A stretch of 13,954 bases of DNA from Microcoleaceae cyanobacterium (GTDB taxonomy: Bacteria > Cyanobacteriota > Cyanobacteriia > Cyanobacteriales > Microcoleaceae): contig JBOFUV010000155.1 of NCBI GenBank assembly GCA_051652765.1, forward strand, positions 1 to 13,954, read 5' to 3'. The position numbers and the translations under genes are program-made. The notes under the pieces were generated by a model. That model searched no databases. It saw only the letters and a list, made by a program, of their open reading frames with translations, and was not told the DNA's origin. Below are positions 1 through 8,519 of this stretch, piece by piece (position 1 is the stretch's first letter; each line of letters opens with the position of its first letter).

Positions 1-2
1 CT

Positions 3-782
3 TTGAAAGGTCGAGTTCATGCTGCCAATATTACGGATGGCAGTCGGGCTGTTCTAGGCATGAGTTCTCTGGCGGCGGCGGTGATTCTGAAAAGCTATGG
101 GATTGAACCTATTTGCCAGGTGGCTTGTCGCGATCGCAATCGGATTGGACTCCAAGCAGACCTCCTGGGCGCTGACGCTCTCGGTATCAAAAATATTCTG
201 GCCCTGACTGGAGATCCAGTTAAAGCGGGGGATCATCCTGAGGCAAAATCTGTGTTTGACTTCGAGTCCGTTCGACTTCTACAAGCCATTCAGAAACTTA
301 ATCAGGGCACCGACTGGAATGACAAACCCTTGCCCCAAGGAGCAACAGATTTGTTTGTTGGGGCTGCGGTTGACCCTCAATCCCCCAGTTGGTCAGGGTT
401 GAAAAGTCGATTTGAACGGAAATTAAATGCTGGAGCGCAGTTTTTTCAGAGCCAATTAATTACTGACTTTGATCGATTAGAGAAATTTATGACAGAAATT
501 GCAGTAGGAGTGAATTCGCCAATTTTGGCAGGAATCTTTCTGCTGAAATCTGCTAAGAATGCTCTATTTATCAACAAATATGTTCCAGGAGTGAATATTC
601 CTGGCGCGATTATCGACCGTTTAGACAAAGCGGAACATCCTCTTGAGGAAGGAGTTCAAATCGCCGCCGAACAGGTACAAATTGCCCGTCAACTCTGTCG
701 AGGCGTTCATCTGATGGCAGTGAAACGAGAAGATTTGATCCCAAAAATTCTGGACTTGGCTGAGATTCAACCCCTGTACTAA
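3..782 (+). CDS. metF: Methylenetetrahydrofolate reductase, 5'-truncated by the window edge
   Basis: MTHFR motifs are present: NITDGSRA, CRDRNRIGLQADLLGA, NILALTGDP, GAQFFQSQ, GVHLMAV. The frame is open from the window edge, so the TTG at 3 is probably an internal Leu. Confidence 0.93.
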   Translation: MKGRVHAANITDGSRAVLGMSSLAAAVILKSYGIEPICQVACRDRNRIGLQADLLGADALGIKNILALTGDPVKAGDHPEAKSVFDFESVRLLQAIQKLNQGTDWNDKPLPQGATDLFVGAAVDPQSPSWSGLKSRFERKLNAGAQFFQSQLITDFDRLEKFMTEIAVGVNSPILAGIFLLKSAKNALFINKYVPGVNIPGAIIDRLDKAEHPLEEGVQIAAEQVQIARQLCRGVHLMAVKREDLIPKILDLAEIQPLY

Positions 783-886
783 GAGTCTTTGATATAGTTA
801 ATCTTTTATGTGAAGATTAGGGACAACTTTGATAAATACTGAATCACCTAATCTTGGCGTAAAGGCAAAGTTACTGAGGTCTATTG

Positions 887-2488
887 ATGATCCAACGCTG
901 TACTCTAGAGACCCAAATTACTGAAGTTACGGTCTACGCCGATCAAGCAAAAGTGACTCGTCGGGGTCAAGTCCAACTTAACGGCTCAGTCACTGAACTC
1001 CTCATTCCCGGACTACCCAACCTGTTGAAAGCAGAATCCCTACGGGCTATAGGCAGAGGAACTCACGCCGTTAATATTGTCAGTTTGAGAACAGAAAAAG
1101 TTTTTGCAACTCAGCCTGTTTATGAAAAAGCCGCTCAAATTGTTGAACTGATTCGTCAGTTAGATCAACAAAAACGCACCCTGAAAGATCAATTAAATGC
1201 AGTCAAACTTCAGCAAGGATTTATTAATCAACTGAGTGAACATTCAGTCATGCCATTTTCGGAAAATCTAGCGCTTCAAAATATAGGACTCAAAGAAACG
1301 AGAGAATTTCTAAATTTTTTAGGCAAACGATATGGTGAATACGCCACACTAACGGCTCAACTTGAGGCTCAACATCATGAACTGGAGAAACAGTTAGAGG
1401 CTCTGCGTAAACAGTTGAAGCAACTACAACAAATTCGACCCACAGAAAGTGTCAGCGTCGTTGTTATTGTTGCCAATGCTGTTCCGAGTGAGTTTGAGTT
1501 GGAACTTTCCTACTCTATTACTCAAGCCAGTTGGCAACCCCTGTATGATTTACGGGTAAGTCCGACCGGCGATCGCCTCCACCTCACCTATCTTGCAGAA
1601 ATCACCCAAACCACTGGAGAAGACTGGCAAAACGCGAGTCTGACGCTTTCAACCGCCAAACCTGGACTGGGAACCCTCCCCCCCAAACTTGATCCCTGGT
1701 ATATCGATATTTCCCGTCCTCAACCCATGCCATTGGCACTCAAAAGGCGTGAACTCGGATTTTCTGCAGATGGTGAAATGTCGGCAATAATGTCCCCTTC
1801 GGCAATAATGCTCAATAATAAGCCTGAATCTGTTCCGGCTGAAATCCTCAACGCAACAGTGATCAAGGATGGTAGCGTTGTCACCTTCAACCTCGACGGC
1901 AACAGCAACATTCCAAACGATGGCAATCCCCATCAGGTCACTGTTTTTAGAGATGACTATCTCAGTCATTTTGAATACCTGGCAATTCCTAGACTCGTAA
2001 GTTTTGCATATTTACAAGCTGCGGTAATGAATCCAGAAACAGGAGTGACCTTACTCCCTGGAAAGGCAAACCTGTTTCGAGGAAATACCTTTATGGGGAA
2101 TACAGAGCTAGAGAACATTGCCCCAGGTCAACGATTTAAGGTGAATTTAGGAATTGATGAAGGAGTCAAGATCGAGCGAGAACTCATAGAGCGTCAAGTT
2201 GATAAGAAGCTGATCGGTGGGCAGCGACGGATTGTTTATGCCTACCGAATTTCTATGACAAACTTACAGAATCTCCCCTATCAGATGATCCTTAAAGATC
2301 AGCTTCCAGTCAGTCGAGACGAACAAATTAAAGTTAAATTGCTCCAGGCTAGACCCAGAATCGAGCTGGGTGAAATGGGTGGGCTAGAGTGGTCAATTAT
2401 CCTTGCTCCTAAGGCTAGAGAGGAAGTGTATTATCAGTTTGTTGTCGAACATGCTCCAGAATTAACATTAATTGGACTGAATATCTGA
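887..2488 (+). CDS. DUF4140/DUF4139 domain protein (mucoidy inhibitor MuiA family-like)
   Basis: N-terminal ITEVTVYADQAKVTRRG, a coiled-coil middle, then ASWQPLYDLR, ITQTTGEDWQNASLTLSTAKP, LLPGKANLF and ILKDQLPVS, all typical of this family. ATG at 887 is preferred over TTG at 884 because GAGGT lies at 876-880. Confidence 0.85.
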   Translation: MIQRCTLETQITEVTVYADQAKVTRRGQVQLNGSVTELLIPGLPNLLKAESLRAIGRGTHAVNIVSLRTEKVFATQPVYEKAAQIVELIRQLDQQKRTLKDQLNAVKLQQGFINQLSEHSVMPFSENLALQNIGLKETREFLNFLGKRYGEYATLTAQLEAQHHELEKQLEALRKQLKQLQQIRPTESVSVVVIVANAVPSEFELELSYSITQASWQPLYDLRVSPTGDRLHLTYLAEITQTTGEDWQNASLTLSTAKPGLGTLPPKLDPWYIDISRPQPMPLALKRRELGFSADGEMSAIMSPSAIMLNNKPESVPAEILNATVIKDGSVVTFNLDGNSNIPNDGNPHQVTVFRDDYLSHFEYLAIPRLVSFAYLQAAVMNPETGVTLLPGKANLFRGNTFMGNTELENIAPGQRFKVNLGIDEGVKIERELIERQVDKKLIGGQRRIVYAYRISMTNLQNLPYQMILKDQLPVSRDEQIKVKLLQARPRIELGEMGGLEWSIILAPKAREEVYYQFVVEHAPELTLIGLNI

Positions 2489-2519
2489 TCAAAGATCTGA
2501 TCCGTTTTGGCCCTTGACA

Positions 2520-2616
2520 TACAGCAATTTACAGATGGGTGTGGGACACCTCTAAGACTTAAATCCCCCCTTTCAAGGAGGATCAAAATTACTACACTCA
2601 CGCAAAAATCGCTGTA
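2520..2616. mobile_element. Putative MITE-like short element with imperfect terminal inverted repeats
   Basis: The left end TACAGCAATTTACAGATGGGTGTGG matches the reverse complement of the right end (TACAGCGATTTTTGCGTGAGTGTAG) at 17/25 positions. Both ends are TA. There is an internal imperfect hairpin ATCCCCCCTTTCAAGGAGGAT at 2563-2583. Confidence 0.6.
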
Positions 2617-2653
2617 ACTAAATACAACTACTCAATAAAGCTCTATTCAAGAT

Positions 2654-3187
2654 CTATTGGATAGACTTTAAAGCTGCAAGAATTGCCTGTTTTTGTTCAG
2701 CATCATAACCCCAACGTTGGAGAAAGTCTGCATAGTCCCCTGTTCCCGTTGTTGCACTTTGGCTCAGTTGCTGAACCTTGGTCTGAATCACAGGTAAACT
2801 TAAAGCCTGAATCAACTGAACTGAGCGGGATCTCACTTGTTCTGATCCCTGAGCAGATTCAGGATCTTGATTCCGTTGATGGTAGACGACCATGGCTGCT
2901 GACATAGCAATATTTTTGACCATGAGTTCTGCCACAAGGTCAGGGGAGGTCTTCAGGCCGTTGATCAGGGCAGTTGAAGGGTGATCAACCACGGGTCGGG
3001 AATCTGGTAGATAGGTGACAAAGAACCCTCTCGCTCCATTTTGAGTTTTGACCAGGCTGGCGATCGCTTGCTCTAGCTCAGCATCAGAAAAAGTCCCAGC
3101 TTCCAGGCGGTCTAACAAATCCTGTGTGAGCTGAATCGCTTGTTCAAAACTAATTTTTTCTGGGACGGCAGGGGTACTTGAAGTCAT
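2654..3187 (-). CDS. Hypothetical protein, predicted alpha-helical; resembles conserved cyanobacterial proteins of unknown function
   Basis: Clean ORF that fills the gap, with distinctive blocks GARGFFVTYL and FLQRWGYDAEQKQAI. ATG at 3187 has GAGGGA just upstream and is preferred over TTG at 3205. Confidence 0.8.
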   Translation of the reverse strand: MTSSTPAVPEKISFEQAIQLTQDLLDRLEAGTFSDAELEQAIASLVKTQNGARGFFVTYLPDSRPVVDHPSTALINGLKTSPDLVAELMVKNIAMSAAMVVYHQRNQDPESAQGSEQVRSRSVQLIQALSLPVIQTKVQQLSQSATTGTGDYADFLQRWGYDAEQKQAILAALKSIQ

Positions 3188-3294
3188 GACAGTTCCCTCA
3201 GTCAAGGTTTATGGTGGAGGTCATGGTAAAGGTGATTTGCAAATTTGAACCTGATCTCCTCTCGTTTAAGATTGTAGGGCTTATTGGTTGAATC

Positions 3295-3332
3295 ATACAT
3301 GTGGATACATGTGGAGCGAGCATCTTGCCCGC
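3295..3332. repeat. 10-bp tandem duplication fused to a REP-like short palindrome
   Basis: ATACATGTGG x2 at 3295-3314, followed by GCGAGCA-TCT-TGCCCGC at 3316-3332, a 7-bp stem with one mismatch. Confidence 0.55.
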
Positions 3333-3469
3333 GCAGGCTGCTGTAACTCCAAAAATTCCTCTAAGAATAGTCTCATTGAAGCTTCATAAGGGTCTTAAAC
3401 TGCTCCGATAGGCTAATGATATAGAACTCAATCATCCCTCACTCGCCACTAGTAAAATGGAGCACAAAA

Positions 3470-4306
3470 ATGATTTCTTTAACTTTAGAGCCTGGAAAAA
3501 TTATTCAGTTCTCCACCTCAGCATCTCAAAAGCGAATCAGTGTACTAAGTGATTGGCAATGGGTTAAACGCATAAAAAATGCTCTAGCCAAAAATCAATT
3601 TCGTCTCTATTTTCAGCAGGCAACTGCCCTTCAAACTTTAGATTCAAGACATTATTGTGAAGTGCTACTCAGGCTAGTAGATGAAGATGGAAACTTGATT
3701 TCGCCCGCTATTTTTCTCCCGATTGCTGAACGATATCAGCTCATGCCTCAAGTAGAGCAATGGATTTTTGATGCCTTCTTGGATCAGCTTGTTCATGCAA
3801 ATCCTGAAATTTGGGAAAATTATCGGTTTGCAATTAACTTATCTGAATTTCATCTCAGAAATTATCAATTCATCGATAAAATGCATCAAAAACTAATGGC
3901 TTTTGGAGTCCCAACAGAAGTCATTTGTTTTGAAATTCAGGAGACTGTAGCGTTATCTAACTTGAAACTGGCTTCGGAGTTTATTACTGAATTACAAACT
4001 CTAGGATACTGTTTTGCCCTTGACAATTGTGGAAGTCGAATGTCTTCCTTTACTTATCTCAAATACTTGCCCGTAGATTATCTAAAAATTGATGAAAGCT
4101 TTGTCAAAAATATGAAACAGGATATTGCAGATAAAGCCATCGTTGAAATCATCAATTATCTAGGTCAGATTATGGGTCTACAAACTATCGCCAAAGGAGT
4201 AGAAAGTCCAGAAATCTTTGCAGAAGTTAATACCGTGGGAGTAGATTATGCTCAGGGGTATTATTTAGCTCAGCCCCAACCAATGAATCTCAGCACAATC
4301 CTGTAA
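3470..4306 (+). CDS. Stand-alone EAL-domain protein with a degenerate active site
   Basis: Motifs FRLYFQ, EVLLRL, AINLS, FEIQET, ALDNCG, YLKID, AKGVE and AQGYY are in the canonical EAL order. There is no GGDEF or sensor domain. A GGAG RBS lies upstream of the ATG. Confidence 0.92.
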   Translation: MISLTLEPGKIIQFSTSASQKRISVLSDWQWVKRIKNALAKNQFRLYFQQATALQTLDSRHYCEVLLRLVDEDGNLISPAIFLPIAERYQLMPQVEQWIFDAFLDQLVHANPEIWENYRFAINLSEFHLRNYQFIDKMHQKLMAFGVPTEVICFEIQETVALSNLKLASEFITELQTLGYCFALDNCGSRMSSFTYLKYLPVDYLKIDESFVKNMKQDIADKAIVEIINYLGQIMGLQTIAKGVESPEIFAEVNTVGVDYAQGYYLAQPQPMNLSTIL

Positions 4307-4341
4307 AAGCTTTGATGTAAAAGCTTTAATGTAAAAGCCTT
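4302..4341. repeat. 14-bp tandem repeat, about 3 copies, spanning the EAL stop codon
   Basis: TGTAAAAGCTTTGA / TGTAAAAGCTTTAA / TGTAAAAGCCTT. The stop TAA (4304-4306) lies in the first copy. Confidence 0.85.
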
Positions 4342-4370
4342 CAGGCTAGAGGATTGTACAAGAGTTCAAC

Positions 4371-4394
4371 TTTGAAGTGTAGTTTGAAGTGTAG
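4371..4394. repeat. Perfect 12-bp tandem duplication
   Basis: TTTGAAGTGTAG x2. Confidence 0.85.
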
Positions 4395-4480
4395 GGAGCT
4401 TGGAATTGAGTTGCGGTTCGCTAAAATAAGGTGTGTCTGCCCTAAAATATTTTTAGCACTCAATTAAAGTTAACTTTCCC

Positions 4481-5626
4481 ATGCTGCTTGCCACCCCTGA
4501 GGAACAGAGATGGAATATTCTAATTGTCGATGACACTCCAAATAATCTCCGTCTTTTGTCGGAAACTTTGAGTCAGTATGGATATGGAGTTCAATGTGCA
4601 ATCAGTGGCAAGCTAGCCCTGATGGCTGTTCAGAATGTTCCTCCGGATCTAATTTTACTGGATATCAAAATGCCAGAAATGGATGGTTATGAGGTTTGTT
4701 CTCAATTGAAAGAAAACTTACAAACTGCTCAAATTCCCGTTATTTTTCTAAGTGCTTTAGACGAAGTTCAAGACAAAGTTGAAGCATTTACCGTTGGGGG
4801 AGCTGATTACATTACAAAACCCTTTCAGGTTGAAGAAGTTCTAGCACGGGTTAAAAACCAACTGACTATTCAGCACCTACAAAGACAACTTCAGCATCAA
4901 AATTTAAAACTGCAACACTTAAATCAGGACTTAGTTCGTTCTAATCAAGAACTAGAACAATTTGCTTACATCGTTTCCCATGATTTACAGCAACCTTTGC
5001 AAACAATTACTGGGTTCGCAGAATTACTTTTGGGATTGAACTTGTCTTTGGGAAATCAAGGAGAACTGGAAGAGTATGTTCTGCCAATTTTAGAGGAAGG
5101 CATCCGGATGCAGGAGCTGATTAAGAGTTTGTTAAACTACAGTCGCCTGGAAACTAGCCGGAGACAGTTTGAAGGAGTTGACTGTAATTTGATTGTGGCA
5201 GAAACCTTAAAAAAGCTATATCTCGCAATTGAGGAAAGTGGAGCAATTGTTGCAGCCCAATCCTTGCCATTAGTTTGGGGCGATCGCATTCAACTCAGTC
5301 AGTTATTTCAAAATCTAATTAGTAATGGTGTTAAATATCGTCGCCCAGGAGTCCTATCAAAAATTACTATTTCCACAGTAAAAAAGGAGAAAGAGTGGGT
5401 GTTCGAAGTCCACGATAATGGTATTGGGATTAAACCTGAAAACTTTGAACGAGTCTTTCAAATCTTTCAACGCTTGCATCATAGTCAAGACTATCCTGGT
5501 AACGGAATTGGATTGGCAATTTGCAAAAAAATTGTTGAGCGCCATAATGGTCGAATCTGGATCGAGTCTGAATTTGGAGTAGGCACTAGCTTTTATTTTT
5601 CAATTCCAAACCAACAGACAACTTAA
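4481..5626 (+). CDS. Hybrid histidine kinase, REC-HisKA-HATPase
   Basis: Intact receiver (ILIVDD, LILLDIKMP, IFLSA, ITKPF), a Q/L-rich coiled coil, H-box FAYIVSHDLQQPL, N-box QLFQNLISNGVKY, G1 DNGIGI and G2 GNGIGLAIC. No transmembrane segment is apparent. Confidence 0.95.
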   Translation: MLLATPEEQRWNILIVDDTPNNLRLLSETLSQYGYGVQCAISGKLALMAVQNVPPDLILLDIKMPEMDGYEVCSQLKENLQTAQIPVIFLSALDEVQDKVEAFTVGGADYITKPFQVEEVLARVKNQLTIQHLQRQLQHQNLKLQHLNQDLVRSNQELEQFAYIVSHDLQQPLQTITGFAELLLGLNLSLGNQGELEEYVLPILEEGIRMQELIKSLLNYSRLETSRRQFEGVDCNLIVAETLKKLYLAIEESGAIVAAQSLPLVWGDRIQLSQLFQNLISNGVKYRRPGVLSKITISTVKKEKEWVFEVHDNGIGIKPENFERVFQIFQRLHHSQDYPGNGIGLAICKKIVERHNGRIWIESEFGVGTSFYFSIPNQQTT

Positions 5627-5664
5627 CACTTTTAGTTATGTAATCTAACTATATAATCTAAATT

Positions 5665-8436
5665 ATGCAATTCGATTCTTCAGATAATCAGTCTTTAAAC
5701 GGTAGTTTCTTGGCTAAGGAACTACAGCAAGAACGTCACCAGCGTCAACAGCTTGAAGTGGCCTTGAGAGAGAGTGAAATTCGCTTTCGAGACCTATTTC
5801 ATCTGGCTCCGATTGGTATGATTGAAGTGTCTCTAGATGGATATTTCCTAGAAGTTAATGATTCATTTTGTGATTTTTTGGGATATACCCGTCTAGAGCT
5901 GATCAGCTTAGGATTTAATGACATTACTCATCCCGATGATCGGCAAATAAGTTTAGACTCTTTTGCAAGATTGATTCAAGGAGATTTCAAACGCTATCAA
6001 CTTGAAAAACGATATCATCATAAACAAGGACATTGGGTTTATGGGATTGTTAATTGTTACTTGAGGTTGAATTCAGATGGTAATTCTCGTTCTGTTATTA
6101 GTCAGATTCAAGATATTACAACCCGCAAAAAAATTGAAGAAGATATTCAACAGCAAAAAGAATACTTAAGCTTAATTATTGATAATATTCCTCAACAAGT
6201 TTTTTGGAAAGATACTCAATTAGTCTTTAAGGGATGTAATAAAAATTGGGCTCGGTCTGCTCAACTCGAAAGTGCCGAGGCGGTCATTGGAAAGACGGAC
6301 TATGATCTATTTGCGGATCACGATATTGCAGAATTCTATCGAGCTCAAGATTGGCGAGTTATAGAATCAAAAACATCGGAATTTAATGTTGTTTCTCCTA
6401 AACAAAAACCAGATGCTGAAGGGAGAACAGTTTGGCTTGATGTGAGTCGAATTCCAATGCTTGATTCTAGTGGCAATGTGATAGGAATTCTAGGAGTCTT
6501 AGAAGATATTACAGGACAAAAAGAAACTGACGAAAAGCTTCGTCTCACTCAATTCTCAATTGATAAATCAAGAGACTATATCTTATTTAGTGACATTAAT
6601 GCCAGGTTTTTCTATGCTAATGAAGCAGCCTCTCAAATCTTAGGGTTTTCTAAAGATGAACTGCTCAAAATGCAAGTTAATGATATTGATTCAACAGCAC
6701 CAGAAAATGCTTGGCCGATTTCTTGGGACGAACTGAGAAATCATCAATCTTTCACCTTTGAATCCATTCATCGAACGAAAGTAGGACAGAAGATTAGCGT
6801 TGAGATCACCTTGAGTTATTTGAACTATGATAATCGGGAGTATGGCTGTGCAATCGTCCGGGATATCGGCGATCGCAAACGTACCGAAGTTGCCTTACAA
6901 CAAGCAAAAGAACTAGCAGAAAGCGCCAATCGAGCGAAAAGTGAATTTCTAGCCCGAATGAGTCATGAACTGCGAACTCCCTTGAACGCAATTTTAGGAT
7001 TTGCTCAACTGATGAATCGTGACTTGAAGCAAGATCGGTTGAGTTCCCTTCAAGAACATGAAGAACATTTAGATATCATCAGTCGCAGTGGTGAGCATCT
7101 ACTTAGTCTGATCAATGATGTTCTAGAAATGTCAAAGATTGAAGCAGGCCGAATCTCACTCAATCCTAACAATTTTGATCTGACAAGTTTGTTAACTTGT
7201 ATTCAAGAAATGCTCATCTTGAAAGCAAAATCGAAGGGATTGAATCTACAGTTTGAAATCGCTGCTGATGTTCCTCGATATATTCAAACCGATGAGAATA
7301 AACTCCGCCAAATTCTGATTAATCTGCTGGGCAATGCAATTAAGTTTACAGAAAAAGGTGAAGTTACACTAAAGGTATCATTAGTCGTTAATTCTGCATC
7401 AACAGAGTTATTTGTTGTCGATCATCGGCCCTCAGTCGATCAAGAGCAAAAGAGAAGCGACAGCACACAGGTAACAATTTGCTTTGAAGTTAAAGACACT
7501 GGTTTTGGGATTTCTCCAGAGGAAGTTGATGGACTGTTTGAGCCGTTTGTCCAAACTGAAATCGGTCGTCGTTCTCAACAAGGGACAGGATTAGGTCTAG
7601 CAATCACTCAGCGGTTTGTACACTTAATGGGAGGGGAAATTACAGTTCAAAGTCAACTGAATCAGGGAACGGTTTTCCAATTTTACATCACAGCAAATGC
7701 AGTAAACTCGCAGCAAATTCGATCCCAAAACTCTGTTCGACAAGTGATTGCTCTTGCTCCGAATCAAGCAATTTATCGAATTTTGGTCGTTGATGATAAT
7801 TGGACAAATCGTCAGTTGGTTGTCAAGCTTTTGGCACCGCTTGGATTTGAAATTCAAGAAGCAGAAAATGGACAGGAGGCGATCGCCTGTTGGGAGCAAT
7901 GGAAACCCCATTTAATTTTTATGGATATGCGAATGCCCATCATGGACGGCTATGAAGCGACTCAATCCATCAGACAACATCTTAAAGGACAAGCAACTGT
8001 TATCATTGCTCTGACGGCAAGTGCTTTACAGCAGGATCGAGCGATTGTGTTATCAGCCGGATGTGACGATTTTGTGCGTAAACCTTTTCGAGTTGAATTG
8101 TTATTTGAAAAACTCGAAAAATATCTAGGAGTTCAGTTTTTATATGAGGATAAAAGGTCTCAAGATAGTGAGACTGAGATTCAAATTAAGACCCCTGCTT
8201 TGTCACCAGCTTCATCCTCAATGCCAAAGGAGTTAACGGCTGAATCTCTGGCAATTATGCCTAAAACTTGGGTACAAGAATTGTATCAAGGAGCAACAAA
8301 ATTAAACTCAAAATTGGTCAGTGAAGCGATCGCCAAAATTCCAATTTCTCATGAATTGCTAGCTCAAAAACTGACCAAATTAGCGAATGATTTTCGCTAT
8401 GATATTATTATTGATTTAACCCAGGAGCATCTATAA
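5665..8436 (+). CDS. Multi-PAS hybrid sensor histidine kinase (PAS x3-HisKA-HATPase-REC plus C-terminal helical tail)
   Basis: Three PAS/PAC units end in DIT, DIT and DIG (internal motifs THPDD, VFWKD, YANEAA). H-box MSHELRTPLNAILGF, N-box NLLGNAIKFT, DTGFGI and GTGLGL follow, then receiver ILVVDD...IFMDMRMP...ALTA...RKPF. Confidence 0.95.
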   Translation: MQFDSSDNQSLNGSFLAKELQQERHQRQQLEVALRESEIRFRDLFHLAPIGMIEVSLDGYFLEVNDSFCDFLGYTRLELISLGFNDITHPDDRQISLDSFARLIQGDFKRYQLEKRYHHKQGHWVYGIVNCYLRLNSDGNSRSVISQIQDITTRKKIEEDIQQQKEYLSLIIDNIPQQVFWKDTQLVFKGCNKNWARSAQLESAEAVIGKTDYDLFADHDIAEFYRAQDWRVIESKTSEFNVVSPKQKPDAEGRTVWLDVSRIPMLDSSGNVIGILGVLEDITGQKETDEKLRLTQFSIDKSRDYILFSDINARFFYANEAASQILGFSKDELLKMQVNDIDSTAPENAWPISWDELRNHQSFTFESIHRTKVGQKISVEITLSYLNYDNREYGCAIVRDIGDRKRTEVALQQAKELAESANRAKSEFLARMSHELRTPLNAILGFAQLMNRDLKQDRLSSLQEHEEHLDIISRSGEHLLSLINDVLEMSKIEAGRISLNPNNFDLTSLLTCIQEMLILKAKSKGLNLQFEIAADVPRYIQTDENKLRQILINLLGNAIKFTEKGEVTLKVSLVVNSASTELFVVDHRPSVDQEQKRSDSTQVTICFEVKDTGFGISPEEVDGLFEPFVQTEIGRRSQQGTGLGLAITQRFVHLMGGEITVQSQLNQGTVFQFYITANAVNSQQIRSQNSVRQVIALAPNQAIYRILVVDDNWTNRQLVVKLLAPLGFEIQEAENGQEAIACWEQWKPHLIFMDMRMPIMDGYEATQSIRQHLKGQATVIIALTASALQQDRAIVLSAGCDDFVRKPFRVELLFEKLEKYLGVQFLYEDKRSQDSETEIQIKTPALSPASSSMPKELTAESLAIMPKTWVQELYQGATKLNSKLVSEAIAKIPISHELLAQKLTKLANDFRYDIIIDLTQEHL

Positions 8437-8519
8437 TCTTAATCAAAGTCAGCTAGAAATCCTAGTGATAATAATTCATTTTGCTACTGGTCAAACTTAA
8501 ACTTGAGTGGACACGGCTA

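Noticed and set aside
3457..3552. Out-of-frame ATG 13 nt upstream of the EAL start, opening a 31-codon ORF
   Set aside because: It has no RBS of its own, overlaps the EAL gene's GGAG site and N-terminus, and the peptide is unremarkable.
4442..4456. AT-rich dyad CTAAAA-TAT-TTTTAG upstream of the first kinase, and the palindrome ACTTGCAAGT at 13091-13100
   Set aside because: Both are short single occurrences that are expected by chance in AT-rich DNA.
8437..8519. Intrinsic terminator between the convergent kinase and mnmG genes
   Set aside because: No convincing GC-rich stem followed by a T-tract was found.
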